From Endozoicomonas sp. (GTDB taxonomy: Bacteria; Pseudomonadota; Gammaproteobacteria; Pseudomonadales; Endozoicomonadaceae), in contig JAQFVO010001030.1 in the NCBI GenBank assembly GCA_027942505.1, forward strand, positions 1 through 52,823: 52,823 nucleotides of DNA, given 5' to 3'. The position numbers and the translations under genes are program-made. Positions 35,736-45,340 of the stretch are shown here, in pieces. Position 1 is the first letter of the stretch. Each line of letters begins with the position of its first letter. The notes below the pieces were generated by a model, which made no database searches, was not told the DNA's origin, and was given only the letters and a program-made list of their open reading frames with translations.

Positions 35736-36356
35736 TTATATGCTCAACAAATCATTTTCTTCTAAAAGAGCCTCACACCGGTTGTATGCCTGCCGTATCA
35801 AGCCATTTACAACACCGCGAACCTCGCACTGCTGCCGATTAACAGTAGCCTGCTGTTCCCGACCTTCAGCCTGAAGTGCTCTCTCCATAACATCGGGGCG
35901 CAACGCTCTCAAACACATGTACTGTAGGCGATTTTGATTTCTCAGCACACTGTTTCTAACCTTCCTGTCCTGAATTAATTTACTTCTCACCTCAGGCCAG
36001 CCTTCAACCAAAGCTGATCGCAGATTGTCGGTCATCTTCAGGCGAACAGATGCGCCTGGCCTCTGCGAAATCATTTCCCCGTCAAACGTGTAACGGATTC
36101 TCAGCAAGTGATACTCAACCGGTGCCAGGGTTCGACGCAACAACCCAGAAACCATGCCAGCCTGTGTCGCCCAATCGTTTCGAGTCATACGACTACGATC
36201 AAAGTTGCGGTTATCGGGCATTGGTTTTTCCAGCTCCGGGTATTTGTCGCACAACCCGCTGGCCAGCCGTTGCCAGCCTGCCGACTTGTAGCTATCAAAC
36301 AGACTGCTGTTGAATGCGTTGATCAACGCTGCACCAGTGTTTGGATACATGCTCAC
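35736..36356 (-). CDS. Putative Q-like late antiterminator
   Basis: Last gene of the nin-like block before the late promoter; A....E.LL....L C-terminus. Confidence 0.55.
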   Translation of the reverse strand: MSMYPNTGAALINAFNSSLFDSYKSAGWQRLASGLCDKYPELEKPMPDNRNFDRSRMTRNDWATQAGMVSGLLRRTLAPVEYHLLRIRYTFDGEMISQRPGASVRLKMTDNLRSALVEGWPEVRSKLIQDRKVRNSVLRNQNRLQYMCLRALRPDVMERALQAEGREQQATVNRQQCEVRGVVNGLIRQAYNRCEALLEENDLLSI

Positions 36357-36895
36357 AGCAACCCCTCCCTGCCCAGAATATCCTCAACACGCTCGCCTAA
36401 TTCACCCAGTGAGCCATTGTTTTCGATCAGATGATCAACCAGACAATCAGGTATGCCGTTTTCCGACGAATGAGGTCTAACCTGCTCCCGGTCTTCGCGA
36501 GTTATTTTGATCAGCAGGCCACCCTGATTCTTAACCCAATGCGCCTCATTAATCATGCGAACATCAGTGACTATACAAACGTCTGTACCGGCAATACGCT
36601 GGTCGCGCATCGCCCTGTCTGCCAGTCTCAGCCAGATATCCTCGGCGATCAGATTGCGACCCCATTCAGTCCCAAGCGTCTGCATTAATTCGCGGGGGCT
36701 TTTGCCCAGCCAGGCAACAGGCTGCTCTTTCAGGTCGCCGTACATTGCTTCGGCAACACCGATTTGCGCCAGCATCCGACGTATTGGATCAGCAAAAGCA
36801 TAAGTCTCTGAGTAACTGTCGATACGCCCCTGAATTACACTGGCCACAGTGTCTTTTCCGACTCTGGACTTACCCGTCAGTCCGATCAGCTTCAT
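36353..36895 (-). CDS. Deoxynucleoside monophosphate kinase
   Basis: IGLTGKSRVGKDT, FADP, SPRELMQTLGTEWGR, TDVR..NE, HSSE. Confidence 0.92.
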   Translation of the reverse strand: MKLIGLTGKSRVGKDTVASVIQGRIDSYSETYAFADPIRRMLAQIGVAEAMYGDLKEQPVAWLGKSPRELMQTLGTEWGRNLIAEDIWLRLADRAMRDQRIAGTDVCIVTDVRMINEAHWVKNQGGLLIKITREDREQVRPHSSENGIPDCLVDHLIENNGSLGELGERVEDILGREGLL

Positions 36896-38178
36896 ACCAA
36901 TACCCCCTGACTCAGCCAGTCAATACGTTCACCAACCGGCTTGTCCCAGAACCTCCTTTCCGCTTCTGTTGTCACCCGAACCGGGCTCCAGATGGTTTTG
37001 CCGTGCTCCGGGTCTACCAGAAAAAACATCTGCTGCGGCAATTCAAAACCGAAAGCATGGGCAATGGCGTAATCGTCGTACCCCTTCAGCGATCCGTTAA
37101 TCATCTTGTCCCCCCAGTTCTGCAACTGGTGGAAATGACCCATCATCAGATAGTGATAAGGTGTGCCTACCGCTTCCTCCAGATTTCGCTTCTTGGCATC
37201 ACCGCGCATAATTGGAGACATTACCCCGGCTATCCCGTTACCACCCTTGAACTGGTCGCCGTGAGTCATTTGAAAACGCCACTGGTAGATTTTCCATTTC
37301 ACATCCGACGTTACCGGAATATTCCAGGTCAGCTTATCGCCCAAATGCTTTAGCTCCCGGGCAACCAGATGAGCAATCAGATAATCCCAGTTCGACTCTG
37401 CCCGGAATTTATGATTGGGCTTGCGTCGTGTTCTGCCGTGATTGCCGGTCACTACGGGAACATGCACCCGCCCATAATGCCTAACCAGACGTTCAATCCC
37501 TTCAGCCAGCCTTGCCGACCAATAGAGGGCGGTGGACATACAAGCTGCTTCATTGGTAATCGCCAGCTCGTCGTGAATATCCCCGGATACCAGATCACCG
37601 CCCAGCGCCATTACCAGGCCCTGATTCTTAACGCCAGTCATGTAATCTTTATCCAGGGTAATCACATTACTGAAATAAGTTTCCAGACGAAGATCGGCAA
37701 CCCTACGGTTGTAGGCGTTGACATAATTCATTTCAGCCGCCTTTACCACTTCATCAAAGTGAGTATCACTCAACATAGTGACAGCCGTACTGTGTCGCCT
37801 TTTGGTGCTCTTTGGCTCCATCCATTCCGGTCGCTCGATACTGGCCGCTGTGAATTGGTCAAGCATTCTTTCCAGCCTGCTATCCCGCTCCTGCTGTTCT
37901 GCCATCTCCCTGATTTGAGAACTCAGCTGGCGCTTTTCACGCTTGAGTCGGTGCTCCTCAACAATATCAAGGCTTTTGCTGGCAACCTTCCTTTCAACGT
38001 GATCAGTGCTCTTGATATTCTTCCGGTCAACCAGCTCAATCTCACCGGCGTCACGAATGCGCTTGATCGATTTCATAAACGGGCGCAACTAAATACCGGC
38101 CTTTTCTGCGGCGTCTTTGGTCGTAAGGCTGGTGTCGTTATACAGCGCTGCGAGAATCTTCTGTCGTTCCGTTGCCAT
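36892..38178 (-). pseudogene. wHTH + calcineurin-like metallophosphoesterase with an in-frame TAG at 38089-38091
   Basis: AGGAG RBS and MATERQKILAALYNDTSLTTKDAAEKAGI*LRPFMKSIKRIRDAGEI; SDTH, GGD, GNHGR, HGD, GHFH motifs. Confidence 0.8.
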
Positions 38179-38188
38179 GGTTGCGCTC

Positions 38189-38515
38189 CTATGCCGGAAT
38201 TTTTTTAACCACGTTAATGGTGATTGGATACAGCGCCTCTACCTCCCGGCGCTTGATTTTGAACTCCGGCGTTTCCATGCCTTTAACATCAGTGAACTTC
38301 ACCTCTCCGTCTGCCCAGTACTCGGCAAAATCCACAACCAGCTTTGTGCCTCCGGGCAGATGAAAGGGTTGCTGCCTGAGAAAGAACACCAGCTCGCCTC
38401 TCTCCTGCTGTCGTTTAAGCCACAAGTAGTAATTACCCTCCAGTTTTGAATCAAATTTAATGCCGTCCAGCTCTACCCGCCTGGCGTTGAATTTGTGACG
38501 TGCTCGCAAAGCCAC
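38189..38515 (-). CDS. DUF1064-like nuclease-fold protein
   Basis: HKFNA....DGIKFDSKLE...Y...VDF...DVKG..T..F..K; GGGAGG RBS before GTG at 38515. Confidence 0.82.
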   Translation of the reverse strand: MALRARHKFNARRVELDGIKFDSKLEGNYYLWLKRQQERGELVFFLRQQPFHLPGGTKLVVDFAEYWADGEVKFTDVKGMETPEFKIKRREVEALYPITINVVKKIPA

Positions 38516-38648
38516 AGTCAAGACCTCCCTTTCCTCTTCTTCAGCCAGGGTCGCGGCTGATTCAATACAGGCATCCATACCTTGAGTAAAAGCACCTCAT
38601 ACCCGGCAAGGCCGCCAAGTATGGGGGTCAGGAACAAGCGATTCACAT

Positions 38649-38975
38649 TCACTTGCGACAACCCTCACTGGTTGCCACTGGCATACCGAGACTGCGAATC
38701 AGTTGATTGGTAGCCATTCCGGCCTTTGATTCCTGCCAATCCTCTGATTCAGGGTTGCCGCCACCGCAAACCAGATGCTCTTGTAATTTTTTCGCAATCT
38801 GTTTGGCAAAGCTTCCGGTCAGTTCAGTTACAGCGTCGTCATCCAAAAATGACAAGTCACTAAGATGGATGTGAGCGAGCAGCTTGTCACTTGAGCCCGC
38901 CTCTCTCATGCAAACAGCGATATTGCTTTTGTCTTGCTCGCTTTGCTTCACGACAAGTCTCAAATGCCTGTTCAT
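38649..38975 (-). CDS. Hypothetical protein
   Basis: ORF coupled to its upstream neighbour in the operon. Confidence 0.55.
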   Translation of the reverse strand: MNRHLRLVVKQSEQDKSNIAVCMREAGSSDKLLAHIHLSDLSFLDDDAVTELTGSFAKQIAKKLQEHLVCGGGNPESEDWQESKAGMATNQLIRSLGMPVATSEGCRK

Positions 38976-39298
38976 GCATCACCCCCAACCCGCTGTCTAC
39001 GCAGCTCGGCTAAATCCCAAGTGGTCTGGTCCAGCAAATCCAGTTCATGCCCGAACCGGCTGACAAACAGTGCCGGGCTCACATGAATGGCATCCGGCCC
39101 TGTGCGATGGTGAGTCGGGCAAAGCGGTATGGTGTGCATATCGTTGCGCTCCTCTCCCATCCCATAACCGCTGGTGATATGGTGAACCTCTGCCGGTGTC
39201 TCCCCGTAACCGGCCCGGCGACAGGCGATGCAGCCGAGTTCGGCTACGTCTGACAGATGTTGCCTTTCTGCTTTGGTTTTATTTTTGCGGCTCATCAC
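38972..39298 (-). CDS. Ref/DUF968-like HNH nuclease
   Basis: VAELGCIAC...PAEVHH...IPLCPTHHR. Confidence 0.82.
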   Translation of the reverse strand: MMSRKNKTKAERQHLSDVAELGCIACRRAGYGETPAEVHHITSGYGMGEERNDMHTIPLCPTHHRTGPDAIHVSPALFVSRFGHELDLLDQTTWDLAELRRQRVGGDA

Positions 39299-39756
39299 AC
39301 CATCCCTATGATTCGTTCCACCTGGCGCTCAAGATCGCCCCGGGTGTAATTGGTCAGAACACGCTGCAAGGTCACATCAACGCTGTTGCTGTAAAGCTGT
39401 GAGAATTGCTCTTCGTTCATGCTGGCAAACGAAATACTGTGCGCCTCCCGCCGTATATCCCCGTTGAGATTGGCGATAACGTCATAGAACCCGGCGGCAC
39501 AGATCACATCCTTGCGATAACGCTCAAAGCTCTTTTGCACCTGAAAGCCCTTGTACTCCTGGATTGCCGGCTCAAAGGCATCAAAGCCGATATTCAGCAG
39601 GGCGAAATACTTGCGGTGGAATTTGATATTCCGCTTCTGCTTCCACTGGGCCCGGATACCGGCACCGACCTTGATCTTGTTGCACTTCTCAGCATCCTGG
39701 TGCGTGGCTGGCACGAATGAACCGTCCAGCCGTTTGATAAATGTCAGTTCAGCCAT
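39295..39756 (-). CDS. DUF1367-like (NinB-like) protein
   Basis: RN.KFHRKYFALL..GF..F...SFE.YRK.....AGF...SISFASM....F..LY. Confidence 0.85.
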   Translation of the reverse strand: MAELTFIKRLDGSFVPATHQDAEKCNKIKVGAGIRAQWKQKRNIKFHRKYFALLNIGFDAFEPAIQEYKGFQVQKSFERYRKDVICAAGFYDVIANLNGDIRREAHSISFASMNEEQFSQLYSNSVDVTLQRVLTNYTRGDLERQVERIIGMV

Positions 39757-40090
39757 TGACCGCCTCCCTGGTACTTTTGCCGGATAACCTGCTCAGCATT
39801 TCAGCAGCACCCTTCTCCGTTCTCATACCCCTGCGTACCCGTTCCGCCATGGCATCAGGGTCGATATCCGCCATCTCGCACCACATGCGCATTGCGCCTG
39901 TCGGGTACGCCAGCGACATATACGGCTCAGATCCGCGAACCCCTCCCAGACCGTGAGCTCTCAACAAATGCCGGCAGTCAATAAACGCCTGAGAGACGAC
40001 CGCAATGGCCAGATTGCGCTCGGGTGAAGACTTGGGATTACTCAGTACTGAAACCATATCGCTATCGAGTTTTTTAACAGTGCTATCCAT
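39749..40090 (-). CDS. Hypothetical phage protein
   Basis: PER.L..AVV.QA..D motif; coupled ORF. Confidence 0.6.
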   Translation of the reverse strand: MDSTVKKLDSDMVSVLSNPKSSPERNLAIAVVSQAFIDCRHLLRAHGLGGVRGSEPYMSLAYPTGAMRMWCEMADIDPDAMAERVRRGMRTEKGAAEMLSRLSGKSTREAVNG

Positions 40091-40099
40091 GCCCGCTCC

Positions 40100-40405
40100 T
40101 TAACCCTCAAACCGCTTGCCGTTGTTCTGTTGCCAGATTTCCTCGCGCCAGATTTTCTGGTTTTCGTCCGCATCAAACGCGATGCGGATTTTTCGGGCAG
40201 TCAGTCTCGGCTTGGTGATATAGACCAGACCGCCAGTGCCAATAGCGGTGGTTTCATACAATGGCACCAGAACGTCGTGCGTATTGCCGTTGCGTACAAT
40301 GGCGAACCGGGCGACGCCTTTGGATTCGCGAATAAACGTCAGCTTGATCTTGTCGTCAATGATGACGCTCTCGCCCTGCTTGCGGCTCAGTACCAGCTTG
40401 CTCAT
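40100..40405 (-). CDS. CsrA/RsmA-like RNA-binding protein with an apparent internal duplication
   Basis: LVLSRKQGESVIIDD at the N-terminus and IRIAFDA....KIWREEI at the C-terminus; 101 aa versus about 60 for CsrA. Confidence 0.75.
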   Translation of the reverse strand: MSKLVLSRKQGESVIIDDKIKLTFIRESKGVARFAIVRNGNTHDVLVPLYETTAIGTGGLVYITKPRLTARKIRIAFDADENQKIWREEIWQQNNGKRFEG

Positions 40406-40656
40406 TGCTCAGTCTTCCCTGGCTCGTGCGTAATAGCAGCGTGGCTGCGGCTCTTTTCCGGCTGACAGGTCGTGCACGACAGCGGTGTATTACCAAGAAT
40501 CCACAGCAGGTAACAGATGAATCCAGCAAAAGCTGCACCACCGATCAACACCTCAATCAACGTGTCGCCCTCGGCGCCATCGTGAAACCGTTCGCGTTGT
40601 AAAAAAAACTTAAACAGCCTGTTCATCGGAGCCTCCCTGGACAGCCGCCTGCCCAT
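40402..40656 (-). CDS. Small membrane protein
   Basis: One hydrophobic segment; coupled ORF. Confidence 0.5.
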   Translation of the reverse strand: MGRRLSREAPMNRLFKFFLQRERFHDGAEGDTLIEVLIGGAAFAGFICYLLWILGNTPLSCTTCQPEKSRSHAAITHEPGKTEQ

Positions 40657-41380
40657 TGCTCAACATCCCCCCGAAACGCTTCATAAACTCAGCCCGGCCG
40701 CCACCTGGATTAATGCCCTGGTCTTCCATGGTGGTTTTCAGCTCCTGCTCGCTGCGGGCTTTCGGGTCATTCAGATACTCCAGAGACTTGACCGGCTCCA
40801 ACTCCTTGCCCTTTGCCAGAGCGCTGACCAGCTCCTGATACTTCTCATTGAACTTCTTGCGAGTGGCCCGAATGGATTCAGGACTGCTCTGGCGCCTGAG
40901 CTCAAACCAACCGGTAAACCGTGCTGCCAGATAGACGGCCCTGTGACTCCATCGCCATTGTGCCGGCTCGTGAGCGTGGTCGTTGGCCTCCTGCCATGCC
41001 TTCAACTCCGTCGGCAGTCCAATCTCTTCCGGTGTCGGAAAACAGAACTCGTAAACAAACTCCACCGGGTCCGGCAAAAACTTCAACGGATAGCGGCTTT
41101 TCAGCTTGCTGATACCGTTTTTAATCATTGCTGGCGTAATACCCTGCCACTGACTCATGTATTCCATCTTGGCGCCCTCAACGTCCTTCGGGGTAGGGTA
41201 GGCTGAGGTAATCAGGTGCGGCTTCCTCGTCTGCATCACCTTGAACAAGTCGTTCACCAAAGAGAGCTTCATACTGTTCTGGGCTGAGGGATTCACAGCC
41301 GGGCGCGTTCCTGATGGCTTCTGCTGCGGCTGCCCTGCCAGCCTGATAGCTTGCTGCGCCAGCTCCTGGGTTGTTTTCAT
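40610..41380 (-). CDS. Replication protein P-like (start uncertain)
   Basis: FLP.P..F...C...GLP....AW.EA...WSH.AVY.AA..TGW; follows the O-like gene. Confidence 0.75.
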   Translation of the reverse strand: MKTTQELAQQAIRLAGQPQQKPSGTRPAVNPSAQNSMKLSLVNDLFKVMQTRKPHLITSAYPTPKDVEGAKMEYMSQWQGITPAMIKNGISKLKSRYPLKFLPDPVEFVYEFCFPTPEEIGLPTELKAWQEANDHAHEPAQWRWSHRAVYLAARFTGWFELRRQSSPESIRATRKKFNEKYQELVSALAKGKELEPVKSLEYLNDPKARSEQELKTTMEDQGINPGGGRAEFMKRFGGMLSNGQAAVQGGSDEQAV

Positions 41381-42041
41381 GGCTAACCATCCATTCGTTG
41401 TCGATATTGTTGGTGTCATTCAAAAAGGTGGTGGTCTGCTTCACGTATTCCGTGCTCAGCTTTCCGGTAGCCGAACAGAAACGGTGATACCGGATCGCGG
41501 CATCGAGTAATTGCTGCTCGGTAAATCCTTCGGTTAACAACTTCGAGTAACGCTGGAAGGTTTTCTTTTTGTTGCCCTGGTCGCCCTGTCGTTTTGGGTA
41601 GTTAGACCACCAGAAATTGAACGAATCGGTGTATATATACTGACTGGTTCTATACTGACTGGTATCTAAGTAGAAGGAATCTTCAATTTTTGAAGTTTCG
41701 GCCTCGTTTTTTGAAGTTTCGGGAGACTTCAATTTTTGAAGTTTCGGCTTTGGATTTATTGGGCAAAATTCATCAAGACTCAACCGGTAAAGATTTGAAG
41801 AACTTCCCCCTTCTTTTTTTGGGCGACGCTGGCGAGCAATCAGACCTCGATCCTCCATCGCCTTTAATTTTTTGCTGATGGTTGCATCGCTCCTGATCAC
41901 CGCATCAAACTTCAGCTTCTCATACCCCGGCCAGCAAACACCGCTAGCGTCTGCATAGTTGGCCAGAGACAGAAGCAACAGCTTCTCTCCCTGATCGTCA
42001 AAGGGCTGCCCCATCGCCCAAACCATCGCTTCCAGACTCAT
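41178..42041 (-). CDS. Replication initiator (O-like, N-terminal wHTH)
   Basis: EKLLLLSLANYAD..G.CWP...SN.Y.L; F..WW..YPK; contains iterons. Confidence 0.85.
   Translation of the reverse strand: MSLEAMVWAMGQPFDDQGEKLLLLSLANYADASGVCWPGYEKLKFDAVIRSDATISKKLKAMEDRGLIARQRRPKKEGGSSSNLYRLSLDEFCPINPKPKLQKLKSPETSKNEAETSKIEDSFYLDTSQYRTSQYIYTDSFNFWWSNYPKRQGDQGNKKKTFQRYSKLLTEGFTEQQLLDAAIRYHRFCSATGKLSTEYVKQTTTFLNDTNNIDNEWMVSHENNPGAGAASYQAGRAAAAEAIRNAPGCESLSPEQYEALFGERLVQGDADEEAAPDYLSLPYPEGR
41636..41748. repeat. Replication origin iterons
   Basis: TTTTTGAAGTTTCGG x3 (within 41681-41748) and TATACTGACTGGT x2 (41636, 41651). Confidence 0.8.
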
Positions 42042-42574
42042 TACTCCGCCTCCCTGCCTTTTACCAGCGCATCAATCAACGCATAGGGGATTTCATCAAT
42101 GCCAAACTCAACGACTTCAGAGCCCTGAGCGATACGCAGGCAGGTTAAGCGGTCGTTCTGAAAGACCAGACTGAACGCAGGTGCATTACCGGAAAGATCA
42201 CTGTCGTCCATCAACGGCTGTTCTGGCAGAAGAGAGCAATCAAGGTCAGGCTCAACCATGTCGCGCAACACCCGGCCGGTCAGTTCAACCTGCTCTGGTG
42301 TTTCGGTTTCAACCGGCTCAATGCAACTTAACCCCATCAACAGATTGCCAGGTGAGGTATCAAACAGTTGAGCCAGACGACAAACCTTGCTGTTACCGGG
42401 GAGAACTTTTCCGCTTTCCCAGAGTCCAATACAGGGAATAGAACAGGGAACTTTTTGTGCCAGCTGTGCGCGAGTCCATCCGTTGCCTTCGCGCAGTGCT
42501 CTTATGGTCCGAGCGATACCGATAAATGGCAGGTTGTTTTTTTCTTCAGGGGTGTCCATAATTAAATTGTTCAT
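42041..42574 (-). CDS. XRE-family HTH protein
   Basis: IRALRE..GWT..QLA..V......I.LWESG...P. Confidence 0.75.
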   Translation of the reverse strand: MNNLIMDTPEEKNNLPFIGIARTIRALREGNGWTRAQLAQKVPCSIPCIGLWESGKVLPGNSKVCRLAQLFDTSPGNLLMGLSCIEPVETETPEQVELTGRVLRDMVEPDLDCSLLPEQPLMDDSDLSGNAPAFSLVFQNDRLTCLRIAQGSEVVEFGIDEIPYALIDALVKGREAE

Positions 42575-42609
42575 TGTGATTTCCTCATTTCACGTTGAAC
42601 GTTTGCTCT

Positions 42610-42629
42610 AAGCCCCGGTGACGGGGCTT
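42610..42629. terminator. Hairpin after the cro-like gene (tR1-like)
   Basis: AAGCCCCG-GTGA-CGGGGCTT. Confidence 0.5.
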
Positions 42630-42631
42630 TC

Positions 42632-42883
42632 CTATTTCTGGAGCTTTGAAAGTTCCAGAGTTACCGCTCTCTCCTTAAAAAACTTCAGTAAACCGCCAAC
42701 GGTTAGTTTGCCGTTGCTGGCCATCACCATCTTTGCCAGTCTGCGGTTAGAGGGGCACTTCTTCTCTCCGTCTTTGGGGTAGATGTATGCCGTTGTGATA
42801 ACACCGGTACTGCACCCGATCTCTCTGGCAAAACACCTCCTTTCATCCCTTGACATTTCTTTCCAGAACTGACCTAAATCCAT
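42632..42883 (-). CDS. Cro-like regulator
   Basis: ERR.FA..IG.S.G...P......S.G.LT; divergent from the repressor. Confidence 0.7.
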   Translation of the reverse strand: MDLGQFWKEMSRDERRCFAREIGCSTGVITTAYIYPKDGEKKCPSNRRLAKMVMASNGKLTVGGLLKFFKERAVTLELSKLQK

Positions 42884-42920
42884 CGTTAAAACCTATATCG
42901 GAGCAATGTTTCAATACTAA

Positions 42921-42972
42921 AACTTTTTGTTATCATAATTCAATACGATTATTCTAATTAAAACTTATTGTG
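42921..42972. promoter_or_regulatory. Putative OR operators
   Basis: AACTTTTTGTT (42921) and AACTTATTGTG (42962); the same AAC-W5-GTT motif occurs at 43886 and 43906. Confidence 0.55.
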
Positions 42973-43009
42973 TACTTATTACGCCTGACCAATCGGCTAC
43001 AATAGAGGG

Positions 43010-43741
43010 ATGGACGTTAGAGAACTCAGGCGACACAACGCCTTAAAACTTTTAAAACGGGAAAATGTTTCCAAGTCAGAGCTGGCTCGAATACTCGACA
43101 AATCGCCCCAGCATGTGGGTGTATACCTGCGAGAAAACTCAACAAGAAACATTGGTCATGCTTTTGCGCGGCAAATAGAGTCTGCCTTCTTTCTTGAAAA
43201 GGGTTGGCTTGATAAAAATCACGATCTTGAAGACCGTGGCAGCAGCCTTGGGGAGCCAGCTGGCAATGCAGCAGACGCTATAGCCAAAGCCAATCAAGCA
43301 TCAGAAGAGTTTATTCAGGCTAGAAAATACTGGCTCACCACACGCCCTCAGGCGCTCTACATGGCGCGCTCCGAACTACGAAAACTAATGATTGAACACG
43401 ACGTAGAAATACAGTCAGAGTCTGACGACGGGTTTGTTGTGTTACGATCAGGCTGCCAGTTACGAGTTGATTTGTTTGTTCCCATATTCGGCTTTACTAC
43501 ATACCGTTATGAATCAACGCGCAGTATGGAGCTGCCTGATATTCTGGTGTTACCAGCAAACAAACCAAAAGCAAGTGCTGCTCTACTCAGGTCGGGAGTG
43601 TCACTTGATTTTTATCTTATACCCAAAGAGCTTCTGGAAGCACTACCAGGCAATACCGAGATATCATTGTACGAAGAAGCATCACGAGTAAACGACACAC
43701 CAGTCAGGCAGTACCTCAACAACTTTGACACCTTGACCTAA
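43010..43741 (+). CDS. CI-like repressor with no recognisable S24 autopeptidase domain
   Basis: RR.N...L.......ELA....KS.......RNIG..FARQIE....L..GWLD N-terminal HTH. Confidence 0.8.
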   Translation: MDVRELRRHNALKLLKRENVSKSELARILDKSPQHVGVYLRENSTRNIGHAFARQIESAFFLEKGWLDKNHDLEDRGSSLGEPAGNAADAIAKANQASEEFIQARKYWLTTRPQALYMARSELRKLMIEHDVEIQSESDDGFVVLRSGCQLRVDLFVPIFGFTTYRYESTRSMELPDILVLPANKPKASAALLRSGVSLDFYLIPKELLEALPGNTEISLYEEASRVNDTPVRQYLNNFDTLT

Positions 43742-43885
43742 TACCCGCCCTTCTCCAGTCACACCCTCTCGTTCCACCCGGTACGCCGATCCGCAAGCGA
43801 CCTGAATGCTTTCCACTCCTATCAAACAGTTATTTCATTACTTTGTTCAGACAGAACAATGCGTCCGACTTCCTCAAATAAATAA

Positions 43886-43924
43886 AACATTTTGTTTGCA
43901 GTGATAACTTTTAGTTGTTATATT
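43886..43924 (+). promoter_or_regulatory. pL-like promoter with overlapping operators
   Basis: TTGCAG-17 bp-TATATT; AACATTTTGTT and AACTTTTAGTT. Confidence 0.65.
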
Positions 43925-43966
43925 TTAAACAGAGCAAACAAAAACACCAAGTAATGAGGATTACTT

Positions 43967-44257
43967 ATGAACCACTGCCCCGTATCATCGGACGAACGCC
44001 GGCACTCCCATCAACAAGGCATGGAAGAGGCCCGTCAGGACTACATAGACACTCAGGCCGGTGAGTACACCGACAGCCTTGAGACCGCCCTTCTTTCTGC
44101 CCAGACACAGAGCAACCAGCACGGCCGCTACAACCTGACATTCTCCAAAGACGCACTGGCGTTACTGCAACTCATCCTGACCGAACTGCCTGAAGACGTG
44201 TTCGGACTCGCCCAGGAGCTGGTTAAGCAGGATATGGAGAATAGCGATGACGTCTAA
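43967..44257 (+). CDS. Hypothetical early protein
   Basis: GAGG RBS; first gene after the pL-like promoter. Confidence 0.65.
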   Translation: MNHCPVSSDERRHSHQQGMEEARQDYIDTQAGEYTDSLETALLSAQTQSNQHGRYNLTFSKDALALLQLILTELPEDVFGLAQELVKQDMENSDDV

Positions 44258-44561
44258 AGACATCCTTCAGCAATGGCAGGCCTTACGGCCACAACGTGAA
44301 GCACTACTCGATCAGATTGACGACATTTTGGCCAGACAACGCGCGTTGTTGGACGAATACCACGAGATTACCGGCTTGCCCGGCGATCAATCGGCATGTG
44401 AGGCCCGAATAAAAAACATTGATCAGCGCATTGCCCTGAGCAAAAAACACAACGCACTGAGCACGGCGCTTATTGAGCTATACGCTCTGGGCGACAGGTA
44501 CCACGAACAATACGTAGCGGCCCTGGATAAAGAAATAGAAGCAAGGAGGTCTGGCCAATGA
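44247..44561 (+). CDS. Hypothetical helical protein
   Basis: GGAG RBS; coupled ORF. Confidence 0.65.
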   Translation: MTSKDILQQWQALRPQREALLDQIDDILARQRALLDEYHEITGLPGDQSACEARIKNIDQRIALSKKHNALSTALIELYALGDRYHEQYVAALDKEIEARRSGQ

Positions 44562-45340
44562 ACAATATCACCGTTATCGACAGCGAAACAAAAACACCCA
44601 CCGATCATACTGCGCCAGTGGTTGCCGAGCCATCACGCCTGATCGAGCTGGCCATCACGCAGAACGCCGACATAGGAAAGCTTGAGCGGTTAATGGACTT
44701 GCAGGAACGCTGGAACAACGACCAGTCTAAAAAAGCTTTCTATCAGGCAGTTGCCAACTTCCAGTCTGAAATGCCGTTGATCCATAAGTCCAAGACTGCA
44801 TCGTTCGCCACCAGGAACGGCGGTCAAATGACGTACAGCTACGCCTCCATTGACGACATTGTTAAGGCGGTTAATCCGGTGCTGCACCGTCACGGCCTTT
44901 CCTACCGGTTTGAGCAAACGCTGATTCAGGGTGTTGTATCGGTCAGCTGCATATTGACTCACGCCCTGGGCCACTGCGAATCCTGCACCATGACAGGAGG
45001 ACTGGATCAAAGCGGCAATAAAAACGCACTTCAGCAAATAGCATCATCCACAACCTATTTGAAAAAGTACACCCTGACCAACGTCCTCGGTGTCGCTACC
45101 TCGGATGATGATATCGACGGCTTTCAGCCCTGCGAACCATCATCCAGCCAGGAGCAGAACACCAGCCAGCCGGCCCTGCCTGACTATTACGAGCAAGACG
45201 ACTTTAACCGTATGCTGCCGAACTGGTTGAAGGCGATTCAATCTGGCAAGAAAACACCGGATACCTTAATCACCTTTGTCGAGAGTAAAGGCCGCAAATT
45301 AACCGAAGAACAAAAAGCACGTATTCAGGGGGTGAAGTAA
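44558..45340 (+). CDS. erf: ERF-family single-strand annealing protein
   Basis: YSYAS.DDI..AV.P.L..HGLS...H..GH.E...SG.KN..Q...S..TY.K.Y.L...LG.A..D.DG. Confidence 0.88.
   Translation: MNNITVIDSETKTPTDHTAPVVAEPSRLIELAITQNADIGKLERLMDLQERWNNDQSKKAFYQAVANFQSEMPLIHKSKTASFATRNGGQMTYSYASIDDIVKAVNPVLHRHGLSYRFEQTLIQGVVSVSCILTHALGHCESCTMTGGLDQSGNKNALQQIASSTTYLKKYTLTNVLGVATSDDDIDGFQPCEPSSSQEQNTSQPALPDYYEQDDFNRMLPNWLKAIQSGKKTPDTLITFVESKGRKLTEEQKARIQGVK

Noticed and set aside
41636..41748. CRISPR array
   Set aside because: Short repeats with tiny spacers inside the initiator gene fit iterons; no cas genes
44444..44458. Further partial copies of AACA-N3-CGCACT (also near 17191)
   Set aside because: Inside coding sequence and lacking the YT prefix; compatible with chance
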